Assembly: GCA_964645985.1 (NCBI GenBank)
Contig: CAZYCC010000002.1
Coordinates: 1 to 45,272 of the forward strand
Direction: 5' to 3'
DNA: 45,272 bases
Origin: an uncultured Lachnospiraceae bacterium
Lineage (GTDB): Bacteria; Bacillota; Clostridia; Oscillospirales; CAG-272
Below are positions 10,259 to 20,688 of the stretch, one piece after another; within the stretch, counting starts at the first letter, position 1; each line of letters starts with the position of its first letter. Below the pieces are notes generated by a model. It was not told the DNA's origin. It saw only the letters and a program-made list of their open reading frames with translations, and did not search any database. A program made the position numbers and the translations under genes.

Positions 10259-10918
10259 ATGTCTACTATCATTCCCGCGGGGCGGGCGCGCTTTCGCTTT
10301 TGTAAGCTCGGGCGGCTGAAATTCATTTCGCACCTTGACCTGCTGCGTACGGTGAAGGGGGCGCTGCTGCGCGCCGGCGTGCCGCTTGTCTACACCGAGG
10401 GCTATCACCCGCACCCTAAAATGGTGTTCGCTCTGCCGCTCCCGCTCGGCGTGGAGAGCGTCTGCGAGCTGCTCGATATTCGCCTCACCGAGCCGCGCGG
10501 CGCGCAGGATCTTCTCGAGGCAGTTCGCGCGCGGCTGACAGATGAGCTGCCTTTCGTTGAGGTCTACCCCGCCTCCCGCCCCTTCTCTGACATTACCGCC
10601 GCCGACTACCGCTTTCGCTTTCGCGATCCCGGCCTCACCGCCGGGCGGCTGCGCGAGGCGCTCACTTTGCCCCTCCCCATCGAAAAAAAATCCAAGCGCG
10701 GGATAGTCAAAGTCGATATGCGCGAGGGCGTGCTCTCCTTCACGCTCGATGAGGAGAACGGCGAGGTTCTCGCCGACGCGCGCCTCGCCGCCTCGCCCGA
10801 CAACTTTGCCTCGCCCGAGAACCTCGTGCGCGCGCTGCGCGCGGCGACCGCGCTCCCGCTCGACGACTACGACATTTGCCGCACGGAAATTCTTGCGGGC
10901 GAGGAGATTTTTCGGTAG
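10259..10918 (+). CDS. Radical-SAM-linked protein (DUF2344 / TIGR03936-type)
   Basis: RFRFCKLGRLKFISHLDLLRTVKGALLRAGVPLVYTEGYHPHPKMVFALPLPLGVES matches the characteristic N-terminal signature of this family as I recall it. Confidence 0.85.
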   Translation: MSTIIPAGRARFRFCKLGRLKFISHLDLLRTVKGALLRAGVPLVYTEGYHPHPKMVFALPLPLGVESVCELLDIRLTEPRGAQDLLEAVRARLTDELPFVEVYPASRPFSDITAADYRFRFRDPGLTAGRLREALTLPLPIEKKSKRGIVKVDMREGVLSFTLDEENGEVLADARLAASPDNFASPENLVRALRAATALPLDDYDICRTEILAGEEIFR

Positions 10919-11079
10919 AGCGCGCGGGGTCTTTCCGGTAAGGAGACTTCGCTGTCGCGAGCGGCGCGGCAAGGCAAGCGGCGGGGATCTCCCCCCGCTC
11001 CCGGGGCGCTAACCGCGCCGAGAGCGGTCTTTGAGGTCGCGCCGGGGGCGGCAAAGGCAAGACGATCCGCGCGCCCCTC

Positions 11080-11108
11080 TTGCATTTTTCGCGCGGGTGG
11101 GGTATACT
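11080..11108 (+). promoter_or_regulatory. Promoter candidate (TTGCAT-17 nt-TATACT)
   Basis: ttgcat at 11080-11085, 17-nt spacer, tatact at 11103-11108, about 60 nt upstream of the NifU-like ORF. Confidence 0.6.
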
Positions 11109-11168
11109 TGTGCTGTACGTTGCCCCGCGAGGGGCGGCGCGACAGGATAATCGCAAAGGAGCAACGCT

Positions 11169-11876
11169 ATGAGCAACTGTCCATACGCGATGTCCGCCGA
11201 GGTTGAGCGGATGTGCGTGGTCAAACAGGGGCCGAATCACGGTCCCGCGCCCCTGCCCGAGGAGGGCAAGTGGGTGCAGGCGAAGGAAATCGCCGACATC
11301 TCCGGCTATACGCATGGGGTGGGCTGGTGCGCGCCGCAGCAAGGCGCCTGCAAGCTCTCGCTCAATGTGAAAAACGGCGTCATCGAGGAGGCGTTAATCG
11401 AAACAATCGGCTGCTCGGGGATGACTCACTCGGCGGCGATGGCGGCGGAGATCCTCCCCGGCAAGACCATCTTAGAGGCGCTCAACACAGACCTCGTCTG
11501 CGACGCGATCAACACCGCGATGCGCGAGCTCTTCCTGCAAATCGCCTACGGGCGCACGCAGTCGGCGTTCTCGGAGGGGGGTCTCGTTATCGGGGCGGGG
11601 ATGGAAGACCTCGGCAAGGGGGCGCGATCGATGGTCGGCACGATGTACGGCACCAAGGAAAAGGGTGTGCGGTATCTTGAGATGACCGAGGGCTACTGCA
11701 CGCGCATGGCGCTCGATGAGGCGGGCGAGGTCATCGGGTATGAGTTCGTCTCGCTCGGCAAAATGACCGACCTCATCAAGAAGGGCGTCGAGCCGAACGC
11801 GGCATACGAGCAGTCGAAGGGCACTTACGGGCGCTTCGACGAGGCGGCGCGGGTCATCGATCCGCGCAAAGAATGA
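11169..11876 (+). CDS. NifU/IscU N-terminal-domain-like protein with N- and C-terminal extensions
   Basis: AGGAG 7 nt upstream. The segment GACKLSLNVKNGVIEEALIETIGCSGMTHSAAMAAEILPGKTILEAL aligns by eye with the IscU pattern ..ACGD...G.I.....F...GC..AIASSS......GKT..EA. Confidence 0.8.
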   Translation: MSNCPYAMSAEVERMCVVKQGPNHGPAPLPEEGKWVQAKEIADISGYTHGVGWCAPQQGACKLSLNVKNGVIEEALIETIGCSGMTHSAAMAAEILPGKTILEALNTDLVCDAINTAMRELFLQIAYGRTQSAFSEGGLVIGAGMEDLGKGARSMVGTMYGTKEKGVRYLEMTEGYCTRMALDEAGEVIGYEFVSLGKMTDLIKKGVEPNAAYEQSKGTYGRFDEAARVIDPRKE

Positions 11877-11891
11877 GAGGGGGTCAGCGTT

Positions 11892-12890
11892 ATGGCGACA
11901 TTTGAAGGCTACGAGCGGCGCGAGGCGAAGATTCTCGCCACGCTCAAAGAATACGGCATCGGCAGTATCGACGAGTGCAAGAGCATTTGCGACGAAAAGG
12001 GCATCGACCCGTACACCATCGTGCAGGAGACACAGCCCATCTGCTTTGAGAACGCGAAATGGGCGTACACGGTCGGCGCCGCCATCGCCATCAAGTCGGG
12101 CTGCCGCAAGGCGGCAGACGCGGCGGCGAAAATTGGTGTCGGATTGCAGGCGTTCTGCGTGCCCGGCTCTGTCGCGGAGAACCGCAAAGTCGGGCTCGGG
12201 CACGGCAACCTCGGCAAGATGCTGCTCTCCGAGGAGACCGAGTGCTTCTGCTTCCTCGCGGGGCATGAGAGCTTCGCCGCGGCGGAGGGCGCGATCAAGA
12301 TCGCGCTCAACGCGAACAAAGTGCGCGAAAAGCCGCTGCGCGTCGTCCTCAACGGGCTCGGCAAGGACGCGGCGTACATCATCTCGCGCGTCAACGGCTT
12401 CACTTATGTGAAAACGACCTTCGACCCCTTCACCGAGGAGGTCAGCATTGAGAGCGAGACGCCGTTCAGTAGCGGCCCTCGCGCAGCGGTGCGCTGCTAC
12501 GGCGCGGACAACGTCCCGGAGGGCGTCGCGATTATGCGGCTCGAGCGGGTCGGCGTGTCGATCACCGGCAACAGCACCAACCCGACGCGCTTCCAGCACC
12601 CGGTCGCCGGCACCTATAAAAAATGGTGCGTCGAGAACGGAGTGAAATACTTCTCGGTGGCGTCGGGCGGCGGCACCGGCCGCACGCTCCACCCCGACAA
12701 TATGGCGGCGGGCCCCTCCTCTTACGGGATGACCGACACGATGGGGCGGATGCACTCGGACGCGCAGTTCGCCGGATCGAGCAGCGTCCCCGCTCACGTT
12801 GAGATGATGGGTCTCATCGGCATGGGCAATAACCCGATGGTCGGCGCTACCGTCGCCGTCGCCGTCGCGGTAGAAGAAGCGATGAAATGA
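11892..12890 (+). CDS. GGGtGRT-family protein (function unknown)
   Basis: Literal GGGTGRT motif encoded at 12666-12686 (VASGGGTGRTLHPDN). About 330 aa, typical for the family. It starts 15 nt after the NifU-like ORF and has its own GAGGGGG RBS. Confidence 0.85.
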   Translation: MATFEGYERREAKILATLKEYGIGSIDECKSICDEKGIDPYTIVQETQPICFENAKWAYTVGAAIAIKSGCRKAADAAAKIGVGLQAFCVPGSVAENRKVGLGHGNLGKMLLSEETECFCFLAGHESFAAAEGAIKIALNANKVREKPLRVVLNGLGKDAAYIISRVNGFTYVKTTFDPFTEEVSIESETPFSSGPRAAVRCYGADNVPEGVAIMRLERVGVSITGNSTNPTRFQHPVAGTYKKWCVENGVKYFSVASGGGTGRTLHPDNMAAGPSSYGMTDTMGRMHSDAQFAGSSSVPAHVEMMGLIGMGNNPMVGATVAVAVAVEEAMK

Positions 12891-12900
12891 GAAGCGGTGT

Positions 12901-12936
12901 CCCCTCTTTTCCCGGCCCCGCCCGGGAAAAGAGGGG
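12901..12936 (+). terminator. Perfect 15-bp hairpin after the GGGtGRT gene (no U-tract)
   Basis: cccctcttttcccgg (12901-12915), loop ccccgc, ccgggaaaagagggg (12922-12936). A second hairpin gatcccc-gaaaagg-ggggatc follows at about 12949-12969. The missing T-run makes terminator function uncertain. Confidence 0.4.
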
Positions 12937-13531
12937 CGGCGGGGTGCGGATCCCCGAAAAGGGGGGATCTTCGCCGGAAATGCCGGGCGCGTTATCCCTT
13001 AGCGGCCGCTCGCCTTCGGCGCGCGTTGTCTCGGCGCGAGGGCGCTGCCGCGAGGGGGAGACGAGCAGAAACGAGACGGCAGATTCATTTCGACACGGGA
13101 CGACGCAGGAGTGAGGCGTGCCCCTCGCGAAATCACCCTATCGCGGGGCGTTACGGCGCGGTGAGGCGGGGAGGATAGGGGGGCGTTTCTTCACGACGCT
13201 GCCGCGCAACGAAAGGAAAACGCGGGCGAGCTTTATTCCCTAGCTTCGCCGGGGAATAAAACGAAATGGGGCAGCGGGAGTGTTCATACACAGCCCGCGC
13301 TGTGAAAAACGCGGAGTAGCCTTCCCGCGGTGCGCCGAGGCGCGGAAGGAAACGCGGGAGCGCATTTGCAGAACTGCCCGGGGCAAAAGCACAGGCAAGA
13401 CGTGAAGCCTCATCGCCAAGGGTAGGCGCGAGGGCGCGGAGGGGGAACCATCTCCTCTCGCGTTCTTAACGCAAGCCGAGGACGGGGACGGGAGGGAAAC
13501 CGGGGGCGGAGCGGGGCTAGGTGCAGCGTAT

Positions 13532-13607
13532 CGGGGTGTAGCCCAGATGGTAGGGCGCGACATTTGGGATGTCGAGGCCGCGAGTTCGAGTCTCGCCACT
13601 CCGACCA
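13532..13607 (+). tRNA. tRNA-Pro (anticodon UGG), CCA encoded
   Basis: Hand-folded cloverleaf. Acceptor cggggtg/cactccg, D stem gccc/gggc, anticodon stem cgaca/tgtcg with loop ttTGGga, T arm gcgag-ttcgagt-ctcgc, then discriminator A + CCA. Confidence 0.95.
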
Positions 13608-13608
13608 A

Positions 13609-13637
13609 CCCACCGACTTTTCGTCGGTGGGTTTTTT
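13609..13637 (+). terminator. Rho-independent terminator of tRNA-Pro
   Basis: cccaccgac-ttttc-gtcggtggg followed by tttttt. Confidence 0.85.
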
Positions 13638-14203
13638 CGTGTGGGATTCGCGGGAGAGGGAAAAACTTCCCCGCGCGGGGGAATTTGCGCGAGGGAACGG
13701 GGGCGCAAGGAAAACCCGCTCGCGCGGCGGGGTGTCGCGGGGGGAGGCAGGTGCAGCATGGCGCGGCGGGCGGCTTCCCCCCGCGAGGTCGCGGGGGAAG
13801 GTCGGCTCGCTTGCGCTTGTCGCCCCGCCGGCGGCGCTTTCGGTGAAGGGCGGAAGGCGCGCTGCGCGCAGCTTTCCGGGCAGGAGAAAACCTGCGCTCG
13901 CGGCAGGGTTGGCTTCGCGTACGCTTTTATTTCGTCGATTGCGTCGCCCCAACCTCTCCCCGCGCGCGGCGGGCTGCGCCTGCCTCCGCCTCCTCGCGGG
14001 TTTACGCACCCCCATCCTCTCCCCCGCCCACGCGGGCGCATGGCGCGGAACGGGAAAGACGAGCGCGAATGGCGGAAGCGGCGAAAACGCGCCTTCGTCA
14101 AGGGCAATACCCGCAAAAAAGAGCAAACTATCCAAAATCTGAAAAATTTCTCGCATTTTTCTCTGCTCTTTGTCTTTTTTCTTACATTTTTTCCTTCGAC
14201 CCC

Positions 14204-14232
14204 TTGCATTTGGGGGAAAAGTGTGCTATACT
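14204..14232 (+). promoter_or_regulatory. Promoter candidate (TTGCAT-17 nt-TATACT with extended TGn)
   Basis: ttgcat at 14204-14209, 17-nt spacer ending in tgc, tatact at 14227-14232. An AT-rich UP-like stretch precedes it (14130-14200). Confidence 0.6.
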
Positions 14233-14279
14233 GCTCTTGCGATGATGGATTTGACTACTGCATGAACGACGGCGAGGGA

Positions 14280-14307
14280 AGAGCGGCGGTGCCGCTCTCC
14301 TTTTCTT
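14280..14307 (+). terminator. Promoter-proximal terminator-like hairpin in the rimP-nusA leader
   Basis: agagcggc-ggt-gccgctct (8-bp stem, 3-nt loop) followed by ccttttctt, about 40-70 nt downstream of the predicted start site. The tight loop and interrupted U-tract make it weak. Confidence 0.4.
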
Positions 14308-14722
14308 GAAGCGAAAAAGCGGCTTTTTCCGGGTGTTTCCCGGGTGATCCAAATCCACATCGCGTGAGCATCCCCCCCCTTTCGGGGGAGGGGAAATTTC
14401 ACGCTTCCCCCGCGTGACCCGAACCCGGGTGACCCGAACCCGCATTTTGCTCGAAGCGCCGTGCTTCGCGCTGCCGAAGGACCGTACCATCGTGCAGACG
14501 GCGGATGGCGTTGTCGCTTTGCGAGGCGTCGCGAGCTCACCTCGCTTTATCAAACTTTCGCGAGTTTGCCGATTCAGCCGCGCACCGGGGGTTCTCCCGA
14601 GCGTTACCGCGTTGCGGCACGTCGCGAGTTTTTCGCCTCCTCTCGCCCTGCCGCGCCGCCGCGAAGGAGCGGCGTTTCCCGCCCCGCCGAGGTTTGCGCC
14701 CGGCCTCTCCCATGTTTTTCTT

Positions 14723-15253
14723 ATGACAGCTTCCTCTTCCCCGAGAGATAGCGGCGTCGCGGCGCGCGTGCGCGAGCTCATTGCGCCTACCGTCGAGCGG
14801 CTCGGGGTGACGCTTTGGGATGTCGAGTTCGCCAAAGAGGGCGCGCAGTGGCACCTGCGCGTCACCATCGACAGCGCGGCGCGCGACGGAGCGGTCAGCA
14901 TCGACGACTGCGAGCGCGTCCACCGCGAAATTGAGCCGCTCATCGACGAGGAGGACCCCATCGAGGCGTTTTACTATCTCGATGTGTCCTCGCCCGGCGT
15001 GGAGCGGGTTCTGCGCACCGACGAGCATTTTTCGTGGGCGGTGCAGCGCGGCGAGAGGCTGCGTTTGCGGCTCTTCGCGCCCCTGCCCGGCGAGGGCGAG
15101 CGGGAGATCCTCGCGCGCGTCATCTCCTTTGACGGGGAGACGCTTGCCCTCTCGCGCGAGGACGGGAGCACACTAACGCTGCCGCGCACGGCGGTGTCGC
15201 GCGCGCTCGTCTACTATGATTTCGGCGCGGACTTTGCCCAAGGCGAGCCCTGA
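14723..15253 (+). CDS. rimP: Ribosome maturation factor RimP
   Basis: From the ATG at 14723: ...VRELIAPTVERLGVTLWDVEF...YYLDVSSPGVERVL, a RimP signature of the (L/D)(E/D)VSSPG type. It sits directly upstream of nusA as in Bacillus. The upstream part of the track ORF is not RimP-like. Confidence 0.85.
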   Translation: MTASSSPRDSGVAARVRELIAPTVERLGVTLWDVEFAKEGAQWHLRVTIDSAARDGAVSIDDCERVHREIEPLIDEEDPIEAFYYLDVSSPGVERVLRTDEHFSWAVQRGERLRLRLFAPLPGEGEREILARVISFDGETLALSREDGSTLTLPRTAVSRALVYYDFGADFAQGEP

Positions 15254-15376
15254 AACGCCGTGGCGGGATCGCCAAAGTGTCTTCTCTCGTGTCCCCCCGC
15301 AAGGGGTCGGGGAGAGCGCGGCGGATTTCCATTTGAAAATGTGCAAATATCGCTTTGCGCGAGTGAAAGGATAGCC

Positions 15377-16609
15377 ATGAATGAAGAATTTTTTGAGGCG
15401 CTGAATTTGCTCGAGCGGGAGAAAGGCATCCCGAAGGACTATATGCTCGAGCGGGTGAAGATGGCCTTGCTTGCCGCCTTCCGCAAGCAGGAGGGCATCG
15501 GCAAGCCGGCGACCAAGGAGGAGCGCCTGCGCGACGAGGAGGAGCCGATCAGCGCGCGCGTCGAAATCGACGAGGAGCGCGGCGAAATAAAGCTCTACAA
15601 GCTGCTGACCGTTGTCGACAATCCATCGCCCGACGGGGGCGAGGGCGAGAGCGCCGATGCCGCCGCAAAGCGCGCCGAAACCCCCGAGGAGAATATCCCC
15701 GAGCCGGACGACGGCGAGGGCGAGGACGCTGCGGAGGACGGAGACGAACCCGACAAGCCCGCCGCGAGGCCGCTTGACAAGAGATACACCATTTCTCTTG
15801 ATGAGGCGCAAAAAATCGAGCCGGGCGCGCAGGTCGGCGACGTCCTTGAGATCGAGCAGAAGACCAAAGAATTTTTGCGCACGGCGGCGCAGGCGGCGAA
15901 GCAGGTTATCATCCAGGGGATCCGCGAGTTCGAGCGCAGCGAGCAGATTATCGAGTACGAGAACCGCCGCGAGGACATCCTCACGGGCGTGGTAGACCGC
16001 GTGGAACCGAACGGCGACATCATCCTCATCACCGAGAGCGGTACTGTCGCGCTGCGCAAGAACGAGCAGCTGCCGGGCGACCGCTTTGCGCCGGGGCAGC
16101 ATGTGAAGGTGTTTGTCAGTGAGGTGGTCGCGCAATCGGCGAGCGCCGGCAGCCGGGACAGCATCACCGTCTCGCGCACCCACCCGCACTTCGTCAAGCG
16201 CCTCTTCGAGACGGAAATTCCCGAGGTCAGCGAGGGCACCGTCCGCGTTGTAAACGTTGCGCGCGAGGCGGGAAGCCGCACGAAAATCGCGGTGGCGTCG
16301 GAGGACGCGCGGGTCGACCCGGTCGGTGCCTGCATCGGCACGCACAGCTCGCGCATCAACCCCATCATCGAGGAGCTGAAGGGCGAGAAAATCGATGTCA
16401 TTCCGTACAGCGAGGAACTGTCGGAATATGTCAAAGCGGCGCTCTCGCCCGCTAAACCCGAGGATGTCATTGTCTCGGCAGACCGTGACTGCCGCGTTAT
16501 CGTCGCGCCAGAGCAGCTCTCGCTCGCCATCGGCAAGGAGGGGCAGAACGCCCGCCTCGCCGCCCGCCTCACCGGCACCCGCGTCGACATCAAGACGACG
16601 AAAGAGTAA
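15377..16609 (+). CDS. nusA: Transcription termination/antitermination factor NusA
   Basis: MNEEFFEALNLLEREKGIPKDYM, S1 and KH regions (GACIGTHSSRINPIIEELKGEKIDVIPYS), RBS AAAGGA. An acidic ~60-aa insertion follows the N-terminal domain. Confidence 0.95.
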   Translation: MNEEFFEALNLLEREKGIPKDYMLERVKMALLAAFRKQEGIGKPATKEERLRDEEEPISARVEIDEERGEIKLYKLLTVVDNPSPDGGEGESADAAAKRAETPEENIPEPDDGEGEDAAEDGDEPDKPAARPLDKRYTISLDEAQKIEPGAQVGDVLEIEQKTKEFLRTAAQAAKQVIIQGIREFERSEQIIEYENRREDILTGVVDRVEPNGDIILITESGTVALRKNEQLPGDRFAPGQHVKVFVSEVVAQSASAGSRDSITVSRTHPHFVKRLFETEIPEVSEGTVRVVNVAREAGSRTKIAVASEDARVDPVGACIGTHSSRINPIIEELKGEKIDVIPYSEELSEYVKAALSPAKPEDVIVSADRDCRVIVAPEQLSLAIGKEGQNARLAARLTGTRVDIKTTKE

Positions 16610-16859
16610 TTCGCCTCTCCTATTTGCGCGCGTCGGCAAAGCTTCCGCCCGCGAGAACTCGCGGCCCCGCCGCACCGTTGCCTCTCCCGCGCGCCTATGG
16701 CGACGCGAGCGCGCGAGAGAGCACGCTCCCATAATTTTGTGAAAACGTCCCCCCTCAAAGAACCCTCTCCCGCCGTTTTCCCCTTCCGATTTTCCCTCTT
16801 TGCATACCCATTTCGTTCAGGCCCCGGGCGAGGGTTCGCCCGCCGCAGCGCGGCCGCCG

Positions 16860-17141
16860 ATGCGGCGCTGCGTCGGCTGCGGCGTCTCCTTCCCCAAGCA
16901 AGATTTGCTGCGCGTCGCGCGCTTGCCGGCGCGCGAGGGCGAACCTCCGCGCGTGACGCTAGACCTCACCGGGAAGCTGCCCGGGCGCGGAGCGTACCTC
17001 TGCCCCAACCTCGCCTGCCTGAAGGCGGCGCGAAAGGCAAAGCGGCTCGAGCGGCATCTCGGCGCGCCCATTTCGCAGGAAGTTACCTTGCAGCTCGAGC
17101 GGATGATTGCCGCGCGCGATGAAGGGAGGGTGATCGAATGA
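16860..17141 (+). CDS. ylxR: YlxR/RnpM-family protein (DUF448)
   Basis: MRRCVGCGVSFPKQDLLRV...GKLPGRGAYLCPNLACLKAARKAKRLERHL. Canonical position between nusA and the L7Ae-like gene. The start was chosen at the ATG at 16860 rather than the TTG at 16800. Confidence 0.85.
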   Translation: MRRCVGCGVSFPKQDLLRVARLPAREGEPPRVTLDLTGKLPGRGAYLCPNLACLKAARKAKRLERHLGAPISQEVTLQLERMIAARDEGRVIE

Positions 17142-18027
17142 CGACCCAACCCCATACAGGCGAGCGCGTGAAAGACGAATCAGTCCCCGGAAGGTCTCCG
17201 GCAAAAACCCTCTCCGGGGACGCGTATGCGGCGGCCGCTTCTCCGGAAAATAAGCTCGCGCCGAGCAAAGCGCCCGCCGAGGACGAAGGCGCGCCGCCCG
17301 CTCCCGCGCGCCGCGCGCCCGACCGGCTGACTGGAATGCTCGGCATCGCGGCAAAGGCGGGGAAGGTGACCTATGGCGCCGAGCAGACAGTCGCGCGCGC
17401 GCGAAGCGCCCGCCCGCCCTCGCTCATTTTGCTCTCTTGCGACGCGTCGGAGCACACCCGGCGCCGTGTGCGCTACGCGAGCGACACCACCCGCGTCCCG
17501 CTGCGAGAGCTGCCGCCCCCCTACGGGCGCGAGACGCTCGCCCACGCGCTCGGTGTGGATCGCCCGCTCGCCGTGCTCGGCATCGTAGACAAGGGTCTTG
17601 CCGCCGCGATCGTGCGGCGCGCAGACGAGCTGCCGCCGGGGCAGGGGCGCGGCGCAATCGGGAATAGTGAAAACTCCGGCAGCGCCGGGGGGAAAAGCGA
17701 AACCGATAAGCCGAGCGAACAGGGGAACCACGGAAAACCCGAGAAATATAAAGAAACCGCCACGCACGGCAAGGGTGAGCACCCCGGCAAGCCTCGCGGC
17801 AGCGGAAAAGGCGGCAAGAAGAGAGACCACGGCGCGCCCGGCATGGCAAAGAGAAGAGATAGCTCCGGCGCGCGCGGCGAACCCCCCGCCAAGGAGAATA
17901 TCGCGGGAGGCGAGGGGCCGACCGGGAAACGTGGAGGGGACGGGAAGCCCGGAAGTACGGGCGGGGGCGTTCCCCACGGGGGGAGCGGCGGGGCGGCGGT
18001 TGCAGGCAGATACAGCAGGAGGCGAAA

Positions 18028-18031
<4 letters not shown>
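17138..18031 (+). CDS. ylxQ: L7Ae-family protein YlxQ with long N- and C-terminal low-complexity extensions
   Basis: Core LTGMLGIAAKAGKVTYGAEQ...LILLSCDASEHTRRRV...LGIVDKGLA is YlxQ/L7Ae-like. ATGA overlaps with the ylxR stop (17138-17141) and with the infB start (18028-18031). GGGAGGG RBS upstream. The internal ATG at 17336 is an alternative start. Confidence 0.75.
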
Positions 18032-20679
<2,648 letters not shown>

Positions 20680-20688
20680 GATAAGTTT

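Noticed and set aside
13410-14309. Several 190-250-aa ORFs on both strands around and across tRNA-Pro.
   Set aside because: They overlap the tRNA and its terminator. They translate to Arg/Pro/Gly-rich strings and have no start signals.
13532-14722. Genomic island integrated at tRNA-Pro.
   Set aside because: No integrase is adjacent. I found no direct repeat of the tRNA 3' end (…gagtctcgccactccgacca) downstream, and the flanking DNA has no cargo genes.
16800-16859. Longer ylxR start (TTG at 16800). Also the extended track starts for guaB (505), the CapA-like gene (6280), rimP (14414), nusA (15260), folD (27394), ileS (39681), the M16 gene (31702) and the DUF4097 gene (32758).
   Set aside because: The N-terminal extensions are Arg/Pro/Ala-rich, lack RBSs and are not part of the conserved protein families. 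Internal ATG codons with RBS or signal-peptide context fit better.
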